A model generated the notes under the pieces. The model did no database searches. It was given only the letters and a program-made list of their open reading frames with translations, and was not told where the DNA came from. A stretch of DNA of 64,000 bases from Candidatus Omnitrophota bacterium (lineage in GTDB: Bacteria > Omnitrophota > Gorgyraeia > Gygaellales > Profunditerraquicolaceae), in contig JAPLLY010000015.1 in the NCBI GenBank assembly GCA_026387315.1, positions 22,825-86,824 on the forward strand, written 5' to 3'. This document shows positions 18,253 to 27,978 of this stretch, piece after piece (position 1 is the stretch's first letter; every line of letters starts with the position of its first letter). A program made the translations under genes and the position numbers.

Positions 18253-19647
18253 ATGCCAGTTAAAATAAAATTCTTAGGAGGCGCAAAAACTGTTACCGGC
18301 TCAAGCCATTTAGTTTCGGCGGGAAATACCGATATTCTGCTGGATGGAGGCCTTTTTCAGGGACATCGCGAAGCCTTCTATAAAATTAACACCACCTTTC
18401 ATTATAATCCGCGGACGATTAAAGCTATGGTTTTGTCGCATGCGCATATTGATCATTGTGGTAATATTCCTAATTTGATCAAGCAAGGTTTACGTTGTAA
18501 GATCTATACCACTTCGGCAACCAAGGACCTGGCAGATCTGATGCTGGTGGATTCAGGAAAGATCCAGGAAGAAGATGTGCGCTATGTAAATAAAATTAAC
18601 CGGCGCCTGGGGCTGCCTCTGCGTAAAGCCTTATATACTGCTAAGGAGGCTTCCGGAGCCATCCGGATTTTCCGTTCCATTTCTTATAACCAAAAATTTT
18701 GTATTGCCAAAGATGTATTTGCTACGCTTGTCGATGCCGGGCATATTTTGGGCTCAGGGATTATTATTTTGGATATTAAAGACGCCCAACGAACTTTACG
18801 CCTAGGTTATGCCGTGGATTTGGGTAGGAAGAATCTCCCTCTTTTGAATAATCCGGTAATTCCTAAGGGCCTGGACTATTTAATTTTAGAATCTACCTAT
18901 GGCGGCAGGCTGCATCGGCCGATTGATGAGGCGCAGTCAAAGTTAAGAGAGGCAATTTCCCGGGCGGTTAAAAGAGGAGGAAAGGTGCTTATTCCTTCCT
19001 TTACTTTGGAGCGTACCCAGGAGGTAATCTATTTTTTAAATGAATTACTTAAAGAAAAGATTATTCCCTGCGTACCGATTTACGTGGATAGCCCGTTAGC
19101 TACCAATATTACTGATCTTTTTAAATATCATTTGGATTTTTTAAATGAAAAAACCCGCCAGGCATTTAACCGGGGGGATAATCCATTTGAATTATTAAAT
19201 TTACGTTTTATTCGCGAACAAAAGGAATCCAAGGTTTTAAATACGGATAAACGGCCGATGATTATTATTGCCGGCAGCGGTATGTGCGAGTCTGGAAGAA
19301 TACTGCATCATTTGCAAAATAATATCGAGGATTCACGCAATATGATTTTGGTGGTCGGATATATGGCCCAGGATACCTTAGGCAGAAAGATAGTGGAAAA
19401 GATGCCTTTTGTAAAGATATTCGGGGTGGAGTATGAGCTTAATGCGGAAGTGGTGGTGATTAACTCTTTTTCCGGCCATGCCGACCAGGCGGAACTGCTG
19501 GATTTTGTTTCCGGCTGCCTGCCACTTAAACGAATTTTTTTAGTTCACGGAGAACTTGAGCAATCCAAAATACTCGCGGATATTCTGATACAGAGGGCTC
19601 AAGAGGTATATATTCCGGATAAAGACGAAGAAGTATTGCTTAATTAA
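18253..19647 (+). CDS. MBL-fold beta-CASP family metallo-hydrolase (putative ribonuclease)
   Basis: SHAHIDH, AGHILGS, ESTYG, SGHAD, LVHGE. Confidence 0.92.
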   Translation: MPVKIKFLGGAKTVTGSSHLVSAGNTDILLDGGLFQGHREAFYKINTTFHYNPRTIKAMVLSHAHIDHCGNIPNLIKQGLRCKIYTTSATKDLADLMLVDSGKIQEEDVRYVNKINRRLGLPLRKALYTAKEASGAIRIFRSISYNQKFCIAKDVFATLVDAGHILGSGIIILDIKDAQRTLRLGYAVDLGRKNLPLLNNPVIPKGLDYLILESTYGGRLHRPIDEAQSKLREAISRAVKRGGKVLIPSFTLERTQEVIYFLNELLKEKIIPCVPIYVDSPLATNITDLFKYHLDFLNEKTRQAFNRGDNPFELLNLRFIREQKESKVLNTDKRPMIIIAGSGMCESGRILHHLQNNIEDSRNMILVVGYMAQDTLGRKIVEKMPFVKIFGVEYELNAEVVVINSFSGHADQAELLDFVSGCLPLKRIFLVHGELEQSKILADILIQRAQEVYIPDKDEEVLLN

Positions 19648-19709
19648 TAGATTCGTGGTAGAGTAACTTTCAAATTATATTGGGTAAAATATTATTGGAG
19701 GGCATTAAA

Positions 19710-19958
19710 ATGATTGGTGGTTTTTCCACTCCCAAAAAAGATAAAGCGCTTAAGTCTAGCGGCGGCAAACTGGTTAAGACCGGTGAGATTTTGGTCCGCG
19801 GTATTGATACCTATAAGGCGGGGGTTAATGTCCGGGGTTTAGGCACGTTATTCGCGGCTTGTTCGGGTAAGGTCTATTTTACGCGTAAAAAAACCAGCCA
19901 CGGTAAATTACGCACATTTGTAAATGTCGCGCCTCTAGCAACAGTAGTAAAGAAATAA
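19710..19958 (+). CDS. rpmA: Divergent 50S ribosomal protein L27-like protein
   Basis: GG..VKTGEILVR, AGVNV…TLFA..SGKVYF core; GGAGG RBS; lacks the N-terminal AHKK. Confidence 0.7.
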   Translation: MIGGFSTPKKDKALKSSGGKLVKTGEILVRGIDTYKAGVNVRGLGTLFAACSGKVYFTRKKTSHGKLRTFVNVAPLATVVKK

Positions 19959-19959
19959 G

Positions 19960-21054
19960 ATGTCGGATTTGGCTAAAAGCTATTCCCACCAGAAATACGC
20001 CTTTTGTATAATTGATACGGTTTACAGTATAGCCCTGCTCCTAGTTTTTTTAGGATCAGGGCTTTCTTTATGCTTAGAGAATTTTCTTAAAAGTCTTGGC
20101 TTGTCCAATTATCTATTAATTGCCGCGTATCTATTGCTTATTTCGTCTATTTTTTATTTATTGAATTTACCGCTTAATTTTTATACAAGCTTTACTTTAG
20201 AACATAAATTCAACCTGTCTAAACAAAGGCCAAAGGCTTGGGTGGCGGATCAGCTAAAATCCGGGATATTAGCCTATATAATTTCTTTGATTTTAATTTT
20301 ATCTTTTTACTGGACTCTGGGCAAGTTTAATCAATGGTGGCTGGTGATTTCTGTTTTTTGGATAGTTTTTAGCGTGGTTTTGGCGAAATTGGCTCCGGTT
20401 TTAATTATTCCGCTATTTTTTAAGTCCAAGAAACTGGAAGATGAAGTTTTGCGCCAGAGAATTTTTAATTTAGCTTCTAAAATGCAGGTTAAGGTTATGG
20501 ATGTTTTTGAAATAGATTTCAGTAAAAAAACGCTCAAAGGCAATGCCGCCTTTACGGGTATGGGTAGAACCAAACGCGTGCTTCTGGCAGATACCTTAAA
20601 AGATAAATATACTCTTGATGAGGTTGAGGTGATTTTAGCACATGAGTTTGCGCATTATCGGCTTGGGCATATGGTCAAGCTTATTGGGGTAAATTCACTG
20701 GTAACTCTAGGGTTATTTTATCTGATTTTTAAGACTAGTGTTTATACTTTAGGGGTATTTAAATTAGATTCTCTCCTGCAGTTATCCAGCTTGCCGTTGA
20801 TTTTTATTTATTTTATACTTTTTGGGATTATCATGCAGCCACTGGAAGCATATGTCAGCCGTAGGTTTGAAAAAGATGCGGACCTGTTGGCGCTTAAAGT
20901 TACCGGCGCCAAAGAGGCGTTTATCAGCCTGATGGAGAAGCTGGCCGCGCAAAATCTCGCTGACCGAAGCCCCCACCCCATAATTAAATTCTTCTTTTTT
21001 ACTCATCCACCGATTGATGAGCGGATAAAAATCGCAAGTTCTTATTTTATTTAA
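19960..21054 (+). CDS. M48 family (Ste24-like) membrane zinc metalloprotease
   Basis: NAAFTGMG, AHEFAH, EKDAD, THPPIDERI; multiple TM segments. Confidence 0.92.
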   Translation: MSDLAKSYSHQKYAFCIIDTVYSIALLLVFLGSGLSLCLENFLKSLGLSNYLLIAAYLLLISSIFYLLNLPLNFYTSFTLEHKFNLSKQRPKAWVADQLKSGILAYIISLILILSFYWTLGKFNQWWLVISVFWIVFSVVLAKLAPVLIIPLFFKSKKLEDEVLRQRIFNLASKMQVKVMDVFEIDFSKKTLKGNAAFTGMGRTKRVLLADTLKDKYTLDEVEVILAHEFAHYRLGHMVKLIGVNSLVTLGLFYLIFKTSVYTLGVFKLDSLLQLSSLPLIFIYFILFGIIMQPLEAYVSRRFEKDADLLALKVTGAKEAFISLMEKLAAQNLADRSPHPIIKFFFFTHPPIDERIKIASSYFI

Positions 21055-21127
21055 CGGGTCCTGCCGCAGGAGCGCCTCTCGCCAAATTTGGCTCGAGGCA
21101 TCTCCTGCGTCACCCGTTAAATAAAAT
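21044..21127. repeat. Family C-related hairpin whose outer arms mirror the M48 gene end
   Basis: attttatttaa-cgggtcctg…cacccg-ttaaataaaat. Confidence 0.7.
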
Positions 21128-21149
21128 TTTCAACTTTTGCTTTTTTATA

Positions 21150-21289
21150 TCTTGCGGTATAGGAAAGTATATAATACTTTCCTATACAAGCCCCCCTGCT
21201 TCGCTTTGCGAAGCAAAGCGGGGGGGCAAGAAAATTTACTCTAAGACTTTGCCTACTAAAAAGTCATTTACCGAAGGTAAATTTTCTTG
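21150..21289. repeat. ~140-bp multi-hairpin repeat (empty-site copy)
   Basis: Matches 15971-15995 joined to 16553-16668. Confidence 0.9.
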
Positions 21290-21301
21290 TGATTAAGATA
21301 A

Positions 21302-21362
21302 CGGGTGGCTTGGGTGTTTTCGCAGCGCGCCAGCGGCAAGAAAATACCCAAGACAGGACCCG
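21302..21362 (-). repeat. Family C palindromic element
   Basis: Reverse complement of GGGTCCTGTCTTGGGTATTTTC…GAAAACACCCAAGCCACCC seen at 23493, 43894, 44046. Confidence 0.88.
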
Positions 21363-22502
21363 TTATCCTTGTAAAAATTCTAAGATTATTTTTGCGGCGC
21401 GTTCTGCGGCGCCAGGTTGGCCTAGAGAGTCTTTTACAGTCCTTAAATCTTGGCTCATACGGTTGGCAGAGGCAGGGTTTTGCAGAAGCTCGATAATGGA
21501 TTTGGCAATCATTTTAGGCCGGGCGCCGAATTGGATAAACTCCGGGACTACTTTTTTTCCTGCCACAATGTTTACCATACCGATGTAAGGAATTTTTACT
21601 TGCGGCCGATAAAGTAAATAATTAAACAGGTTAGTTTTGTATACAATTACAAAAGGTTTCTGAAGGATTGCCGCTTCTAAGGTGGCGGTTCCGGAACAGA
21701 CCAGGCTTGCCTGGGCAATGTTTAAGCAATCATGAGTTCGGCCGTTGACAATTTTTAAATCTAAAGCCAGATTTTTGCACTTATTTAAGTAAATTTGCAT
21801 ATCGAGATTAGGGGATTTAGCGATAATAAACTGCGTTTCGCCAATTACCTTATTAACCAGCTGCGCAGCTTTAAGCATTAAAGGTAAGATTAATTTTACC
21901 TCTTGTTTACGTGAGCCGGGAAGCAGAGCAATAATTTTTTTAGAAGGGTTTATTCCAAAGGTATCCAGAAAATCTTGTTTTACCGATGAGGGATTTACTA
22001 AATCTATTAAAGGGTGCCCTACGCAAGCCGTTTGTATTTGGCGCTGCCGGTAATATTCCTCTTCAAATTTAAAAAGCACAACCATCATCGAGATAAATTT
22101 TTTTATACAACTTATCCTGCCTTCCCTGGAGGCCCAGATCTGCGGGCTGACATAATAGACCACCGGTATGCGTTTATTGATGGCGCAAGCTAAGCGCAGG
22201 TTAAAACCGGAAAAATCAACTAAGATTATGGCATCCGGTTTATCTTCGTCAATTTTCCTTAAAATTATTTTTTTTAACTTAAAGAATTTCGGCAGCTTCT
22301 TTAATACATCAAAGAACCCCATGACGGAGAGTTCATTAATATCGCAGAAAATTTCGCATCCAGCTTTAGCTAAATGTGTTCCTCCGATCCCGGATATTTT
22401 TATATTCGAGTCAAGATTTTTAATTGCGTTGATAAGATTACCGGCTAAAAGGTCGCCGGAAGGCTCACCGCAAACAATAAATATCTTCTTTATCTGTGCC
22501 AT
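21363..22502 (-). CDS. lpxB: Lipid-A-disaccharide synthase
   Basis: GEPSGD, DFSGFN, YYVSPQIWA, VGHPL, LLPGSR, SGTATLE. Confidence 0.96.
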   Translation of the reverse strand: MAQIKKIFIVCGEPSGDLLAGNLINAIKNLDSNIKISGIGGTHLAKAGCEIFCDINELSVMGFFDVLKKLPKFFKLKKIILRKIDEDKPDAIILVDFSGFNLRLACAINKRIPVVYYVSPQIWASREGRISCIKKFISMMVVLFKFEEEYYRQRQIQTACVGHPLIDLVNPSSVKQDFLDTFGINPSKKIIALLPGSRKQEVKLILPLMLKAAQLVNKVIGETQFIIAKSPNLDMQIYLNKCKNLALDLKIVNGRTHDCLNIAQASLVCSGTATLEAAILQKPFVIVYKTNLFNYLLYRPQVKIPYIGMVNIVAGKKVVPEFIQFGARPKMIAKSIIELLQNPASANRMSQDLRTVKDSLGQPGAAERAAKIILEFLQG

Positions 22503-23407
22503 ATCTGTTTTTGGATTTTCAGTGCAACTGCTAAGGCTTGCCGGGCTATGGGGCCAGAAACAAGGGGGGTAGTTTTATTGATTACACAAGCAATAAAGGA
22601 TTCCAATTCTTTTTGCAAGGGTTGTTCTTTTTCTATCGGCAGGCTCTCTTTAGTTATTCCTAAGCCAACCTTTCGGTAAACCGATGCCTCAGCGTTTTTA
22701 TAATCCAGGGAGATGTAGGTGTCCTCCTGAAAGATGCGGATCTTACGCATAGAGTCCTCAGATACGCGTGAGGCAGTGAGGTTAGCCACGCAGCCATTTT
22801 TAAAACTCAGGCGGGCATTGGCGATATCTTCGAATTTAGTCAGGACATTTACTCCTACGGAATCAATTCTTTTTAAGGGAGAGTTAACCAATCCTAAGAC
22901 AATATCAATATCATGGATCATAATGTCAAGCACTGCTCCCACGTCTAGAGAGCGGTTAGGGAAACTCGAAAGTCTATGACATTCGATAAATTTCGGCGCT
23001 TTAATGATTTTCAAGGTAGCGGCAAACGCGGAATTAAATCTTTCGATGTGTCCGATCTGGAGGGTAAGTGAATTTCCAGCGGCGGTTTTAATCAGATCGT
23101 CAGCTTCTTTTAAGGTGAGGGTAAAAGGTTTCTCCACCAGGGTGTGGATGCCTGCTTTGAGGAACTCTGCGGCAACTTTATGATGCAATGAGGTGGGTAC
23201 GGCAATGCTTACCGCGTCAACTTGATTAAAAAGTTCCTGATAATCAGTATATCCGGCTACTTTTAAATTAGAACAAGTTTGGTTTAAAGATTCCTGATTG
23301 GTGTCGCATAAACCCACCAGCCGGCAATTTGGGCTTTCCTTATATATCTTAGCGTGAATACTGCCTAAATGCCCTACCCCGATTACGCCTACTCTAAGTT
23401 TATCCAT
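22490..23407 (-). CDS. Gfo/Idh/MocA oxidoreductase, GnnA-like
   Basis: GVGHLG, EKP, GHIERFN, DIMIHDID; overlaps the lpxB start. Confidence 0.85.
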   Translation of the reverse strand: MDKLRVGVIGVGHLGSIHAKIYKESPNCRLVGLCDTNQESLNQTCSNLKVAGYTDYQELFNQVDAVSIAVPTSLHHKVAAEFLKAGIHTLVEKPFTLTLKEADDLIKTAAGNSLTLQIGHIERFNSAFAATLKIIKAPKFIECHRLSSFPNRSLDVGAVLDIMIHDIDIVLGLVNSPLKRIDSVGVNVLTKFEDIANARLSFKNGCVANLTASRVSEDSMRKIRIFQEDTYISLDYKNAEASVYRKVGLGITKESLPIEKEQPLQKELESFIACVINKTTPLVSGPIARQALAVALKIQKQIWHR

Positions 23408-23413
23408 ATACTA

Positions 23414-23442
23414 ATCATAGCAAAGTGTGTGTTTTCTTTCAA
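23414..23442 (-). promoter_or_regulatory. Sigma70 promoter, leaderless geometry
   Basis: Minus strand TTGAAA-17-TATGAT with extended TG; ATG 6 nt downstream. Confidence 0.65.
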
Positions 23443-23492
23443 TCAAAATCTTATTATGGGGGTGGTAAAATCTGAAGTATTCTTAGGATAAT

Positions 23493-23550
23493 GGGTCCTG
23501 TCTTGGGTATTTTCTAGCGCTGACGCGCTTCGAAAACACCCAAGCCACCC
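23493..23550 (+). repeat. Family C palindromic element
   Basis: gggtcctgtcttgggtattttc…gaaaacacccaagccaccc. Confidence 0.88.
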
Positions 23551-23614
23551 ATTATCTAAATGAGATGCTATTCGAGCCCAAGGCTCGCCACCCGCTAATG
23601 GTATTGCTAATTTA

Positions 23615-23790
23615 TAAGATTTCCGGCTTTTGCTGGAGGCACAATTAGAAGATTCTCGGCAGCTGTGTGCAAGGAATTACGTCGAGCGCAGGCGATGTCC
23701 TTTTAGCGTAAGGAACACGCCGTAGCGAGACGTAAACCGCGAGCACATCAGCGAAAATCTTCGTGCCGGAAGCAAGAGCCGGAAATCTTA
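23615..23790. other. 176-nt imperfect rod-like inverted repeat (MITE-like element or structured RNA)
   Basis: taagatttccggcttttgct pairs with agcaagagccggaaatctta, then a series of bulged stems up to an apical loop. Confidence 0.6.
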
Positions 23791-23821
23791 AGATAATGCA
23801 ATAAAAATGCAATAAAAAGGT

Positions 23822-23850
23822 TTGCTATGGTTAAGGGGATATGTTAAAAT
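23822..23850 (+). promoter_or_regulatory. Putative sigma70 promoter for msbA
   Basis: TTGCTA-17-TAAAAT with extended TG. Confidence 0.55.
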
Positions 23851-23880
23851 ACTCTTTCTAAAAGTCGAAAGAGGTAAAAG

Positions 23881-25668
23881 ATGAAGGATTATTTAAAGTT
23901 ATTGCAATTTGTGAAACCTTATAAGGGGCCTTTTTTTGTGGCTACCGTTTGCATGGGGTTTTCCGCGGTGTTTGATGGGGTATCTTTGGGAATGATAGTG
24001 CCTCTGGCGGATAAGGTTATGACGAATAAAAAAATCATTGTTCCTGCCAAATTGCCGGATTTTTTGGCGGGCCTTGTGGATAAAATCAATAATACTCCTG
24101 CGGAGATTATGATTAACTATATAGCGGTCAGCGTCCTTTTGCTTTTCCTCTTAAAAGGTTTTTTTGGGTTTTTTCAAAATTATATTTTGTCGGATATCGG
24201 CCAGCGGGTGATTCGGGACATTAAAAGCCAGCTTTACGCTAAGATCCAGTCATTATCGCTTAATTATTTTACGCATAAACGCGGCGGTGAGCTGATGTCG
24301 CGGATTACTAACGACGTTAAAATCGTGGAGAATGCCGTATCCTATGGCTCAAGGGATTTGATCTATCAGAGCCTGCAGGTAGTTGTTTTTGCCACGGTTA
24401 TTTTCTTTTTTTATTTTAGGATGGCTTTAGTCGCGTTTGTGTTTGTGCCTTTAATCAGTTTTCCGATTATAAAAGTTGGTAAGGCTTTAAGAAAGCTTTC
24501 TAAGCGTTCCCAGGAAAAAATCGCCGATACCAACTCCTTGCTCTATGAGACGATTATGGGCGCCAGGATTGTCAAGGCTTTTAATATGGAAGAGTATGAG
24601 GTTAATAAGTTTAACCGGGTAAACGCGGATTATTATAAAATCTGCATGAAGACAATTAAGCGCTCGCTCCTACTTGGCCCCTTTACGGAGTATTTAGCGG
24701 TAGTGGCCGGTATTCTGGTATTTATCTGGGGCGGCCATGAGGTTATTGCCGGGAGGGTATCTTTCGGTGTTTTCGGGTTTTGTATAGGTTGTTTTTTTTC
24801 TTTGTTCTCGCCATTTAAAAAATTAAGCCAGGTTAATGCTTTGAATCAGCAGGGCATGGCCGCTAGTGAGCGCATCCATGAGGTATTGGAGACAGAGGCC
24901 AGCGTAAAAGAGCCTCTGTCGGCCAAGATTTTGAGCGGTTTTAAGAAGCAGATCAAGTTTAATGATATTGGGTTTAGTTATGCCGATACGCAAATTTTAA
25001 AAGGCATTAACTTAGATATAGAATATGGCCAGATGCTGGCGATTGTCGGCCCGAGCGGCTCGGGAAAAAGTACCCTGGTAGATTTAATTCCGCGTTTTTA
25101 CGATCCGCAAAATGGAGCGGTATTGATTGACGGAGTCAATATCCGGGAATTTAGTTTAAAGTCATTACGCAACCAGGTGGGCATCGTTAATCAGGAAACC
25201 ATGCTCTTTAATGATACGATTCGGGCTAATATTGCTTACGGCAAACCTAATGCTTCTTTTGAAGAGATAGAGGAGGCAGCCAGAAAAGCGCATGCCCATG
25301 ATTTTATACTTAATTGCGCGCAAGGTTATGAGACGATTATTGGTGACCGGGGGGTAATGATTTCCGGTGGAGAGCGCCAGCGGATTGCTATTGCCCGCGC
25401 CCTCTTAAAGGATGCTCCGATATTAATCTTGGATGAAGCTACTTCGCAATTGGATTCTACGTCTGAGCGTATTGTGCAGGAAGCTTTGGATCGTTTGGTT
25501 AGCGGTAGAACGGTATTTATGATTGCGCATCGGCTTTCTACAGTAAGAAATGCCAATAGAATTGTAGTTTTAGATAAAGGCTCGATTGTTGAGCAGGGAA
25601 CGCATAGTCAGCTGCTGGAAAAGAACGGTTTATATAAGCGGCTGTATGATGCCCAAGAGATACAATAA
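23881..25668 (+). CDS. msbA: Lipid A export ABC transporter MsbA-like
   Basis: TM domain plus GPSGSGKST, ISGGERQR, ILDEATS; divergent from lpxB. Confidence 0.85.
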   Translation: MKDYLKLLQFVKPYKGPFFVATVCMGFSAVFDGVSLGMIVPLADKVMTNKKIIVPAKLPDFLAGLVDKINNTPAEIMINYIAVSVLLLFLLKGFFGFFQNYILSDIGQRVIRDIKSQLYAKIQSLSLNYFTHKRGGELMSRITNDVKIVENAVSYGSRDLIYQSLQVVVFATVIFFFYFRMALVAFVFVPLISFPIIKVGKALRKLSKRSQEKIADTNSLLYETIMGARIVKAFNMEEYEVNKFNRVNADYYKICMKTIKRSLLLGPFTEYLAVVAGILVFIWGGHEVIAGRVSFGVFGFCIGCFFSLFSPFKKLSQVNALNQQGMAASERIHEVLETEASVKEPLSAKILSGFKKQIKFNDIGFSYADTQILKGINLDIEYGQMLAIVGPSGSGKSTLVDLIPRFYDPQNGAVLIDGVNIREFSLKSLRNQVGIVNQETMLFNDTIRANIAYGKPNASFEEIEEAARKAHAHDFILNCAQGYETIIGDRGVMISGGERQRIAIARALLKDAPILILDEATSQLDSTSERIVQEALDRLVSGRTVFMIAHRLSTVRNANRIVVLDKGSIVEQGTHSQLLEKNGLYKRLYDAQEIQ

Positions 25669-25682
25669 TAAGTATTATTAGG

Positions 25683-25710
25683 TTGCAAATAGGTAAAATT
25701 TTGCTATAAT
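25683..25710 (+). promoter_or_regulatory. Putative rpsB promoter
   Basis: TTGCAA-16-TATAAT with extended TG. Confidence 0.6.
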
Positions 25711-25785
25711 TACCCGATTAACTTTTTGCCTTACCTATAAGAAGGGCAAAAAATGCATATTAACCAATAGCGAAGGAGTAAAGAC

Positions 25786-26676
25786 GTGCCATCAGACTTA
25801 ATCAAGCAACTTTTAGAAGCGGGCGTGCATTTTGGCCACCAGACTAAACGCTGGAATCCCAAAATGAAGAAGTTTATTTTTGGCTCAAGAAGCGGTATTT
25901 ACATTATCGACTTGGAAAAGACCCAGGAGTGCATTAACGCGGCCCGGGATTTTTTAATGGAGATAACCTCAAAAGGAGAATTCATCCTTTTTGTGGGAAC
26001 TAAAAAGCAGGCTCAGGATGTAATTAAGCAAGAGGCTATCCGCAGCGGAATGTATTACGTTACTGACCGCTGGCCGGGCGGTATGCTTACTAATTTTGCC
26101 ACTATCAAAAAGAGTATTAATCGTCTAAAGGACATTGAAAAGATGCGCACTGACGGAACATTTGAGAAGTTGACTAAAAAGGAAATCGCGCGCCTGGAAA
26201 AAGAGCTGGCTAAGCTCAATAAGAATTTCTCAGGGATTGTTGCTATGGAACGCATGCCCAAAGCAGCGTTTGTTGTGGATACCAAAAAAGAAGAGACTGC
26301 GGTACGCGAAGCGCGCAGGCTGGGGATTCCGATTATCGGATTGATTGATACTAACTCCAATCCTGATTTGGTAGATTATCCTATTCCCGGTAACGATGAT
26401 GCCGCCAAATCCATTCGCACGATAGTTTCGATTATTGCCGATACGATTATCGAGGGAAGAAAGAAATTCCTGTCCTATCTTGCTCAGGAAGGGGTTAAAG
26501 TAGAAGAGGCTAAGAGCGATATTTCTACAGAGGTTCTTCCGGAAGAAGAGGTTAAAATTAAAGAAATCGAAGAGATTGTTGAGGATAGCCAGCCGCCTGA
26601 TGAGGCTTCAGCAATAAAAAGGGCGCACGCCAAGGCAGCCGCGGAAATTAATCCGAAACTCAGGAAAAAAGGGTAG
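25786..26676 (+). CDS. rpsB: 30S ribosomal protein S2
   Basis: LLEAGVHFGH, RWPGGMLTN, PGNDDA. Confidence 0.98.
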   Translation: MPSDLIKQLLEAGVHFGHQTKRWNPKMKKFIFGSRSGIYIIDLEKTQECINAARDFLMEITSKGEFILFVGTKKQAQDVIKQEAIRSGMYYVTDRWPGGMLTNFATIKKSINRLKDIEKMRTDGTFEKLTKKEIARLEKELAKLNKNFSGIVAMERMPKAAFVVDTKKEETAVREARRLGIPIIGLIDTNSNPDLVDYPIPGNDDAAKSIRTIVSIIADTIIEGRKKFLSYLAQEGVKVEEAKSDISTEVLPEEEVKIKEIEEIVEDSQPPDEASAIKRAHAKAAAEINPKLRKKG

Positions 26677-26715
26677 TTAAGAAAGTCTGCCTGCCGGCAG
26701 GCAGAAAGGTGTGAA

Positions 26716-27240
26716 GTGAAGAATTCAGTTAATGCGATTAAGGAATTAAGGGATATAACTTGTTCAAGTATCGCGCATTGTAAAAAAGCTCTAGAGGAGG
26801 CCAAGGGCGATATCAAGCAAGCAGTGATATTATTACGTAAGCAAGGCTTGGAGATTGCCGCTAAAAAGCAGAGCCGCGCTGCCAAAGAGGGTAGGATTGA
26901 TTGTTATATCCATCACGGCAATAAAATCGGAGTTTTGCTAGAAGTTAACTGTGAATCAGATTTTGTGGCCAGAAATGAGGAGTTTATTAAGTTCACCAAG
27001 GATCTGGCGATGCAGATTGCCGCAGTCAGTCCGGAGTATATCAAAAAAGAAGATGTTCCGGAGGAAGTTCTAAAACCTGAAAAAAATAAAGAAGACTATT
27101 ATAAGAACAATTGTTTGTTAGAGCAGGTTTTTGTGAAAGACCCAAGTTTAATGATCAAGGATTATTTAGGCAGTATTGTCGCGAAAATGGGTGAAAATAT
27201 CGTTATTCGTAGGTTTATTCGCTACAAGATCGGCGAATAA
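26716..27240 (+). CDS. tsf: Elongation factor Ts (short form)
   Basis: CKKAL, EVNCESDFVA, GENIVIRRF; follows rpsB. Confidence 0.95.
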   Translation: MKNSVNAIKELRDITCSSIAHCKKALEEAKGDIKQAVILLRKQGLEIAAKKQSRAAKEGRIDCYIHHGNKIGVLLEVNCESDFVARNEEFIKFTKDLAMQIAAVSPEYIKKEDVPEEVLKPEKNKEDYYKNNCLLEQVFVKDPSLMIKDYLGSIVAKMGENIVIRRFIRYKIGE

Positions 27241-27963
27241 ATGGCCAAACCGGTTTACCAGAGAATCGTTCTTAAGCTTAGCGGTGAAGCGCTTCAGGGT
27301 AAGAAGACGCATGGTATAGATCCAGAGGTGCTTTTGTCCATCTCGCGCCAGATTAAAGAAATTAGAGATCTGGGGGTGGATGTGGCGGTGGTTTTAGGCG
27401 CGGGGAATATCCTGCGCGGTCAGGAGAACACTGCTTGCCGAGGCCTGGACCTGGACCGGAGTGTCGCGGATTACATGGGAATGCTGGCTACGTGCATTAA
27501 CGGACTTTCTCTGCAGGACGCGCTGGAGAAAACAGGCGTGCCGACCCGGGTGATGACCGCTATTGAAATGCAAAGGATAGCCGAACCTTATATTAAAAGA
27601 AGGGCAATTCGGCATTTAGAAAAAGGCAGAGTGGTTATCTTTGTCGCCGGGACCGGAAATCCTTACTTTACTACGGATACCGCGGCAGCCTTACGGGCGA
27701 TGGAGATTAATGCCGATGTTATTTTGAAAGCCACTAAAGTTGATGGAGTTTATTCGGCTGATCCGCTGAAAGTAAAAGATGCCAGAAAGTTTACTCAATT
27801 AAAATACATTGATGTGCTTAAAAAGGGTTTAAAGGTAATGGATGCAACCGCCATCAGTTTATGTATGGATAATAAATTACCGATTGTGGTTTTTAATCTT
27901 AATCGCGTGGGTAATATTAAGCGTGTAATTTTAGGCGAAAAGATTGGTACGGTCGTACGCTAA
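27241..27963 (+). CDS. pyrH: UMP kinase
   Basis: [24 protein letters not shown]. Confidence 0.97.
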   Translation: MAKPVYQRIVLKLSGEALQGKKTHGIDPEVLLSISRQIKEIRDLGVDVAVVLGAGNILRGQENTACRGLDLDRSVADYMGMLATCINGLSLQDALEKTGVPTRVMTAIEMQRIAEPYIKRRAIRHLEKGRVVIFVAGTGNPYFTTDTAAALRAMEINADVILKATKVDGVYSADPLKVKDARKFTQLKYIDVLKKGLKVMDATAISLCMDNKLPIVVFNLNRVGNIKRVILGEKIGTVVR

Positions 27964-27978
27964 ACGGAGGCAGCCAAC

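Noticed and set aside
21289-21588. Plus-strand ORFs overlapping the lpxB end
   Set aside because: They begin inside a family C repeat and are antisense to a conserved gene
26716-27240. Short EF-Ts as a truncation
   Set aside because: Short-form EF-Ts with intact N- and C-terminal motifs is known in several phyla
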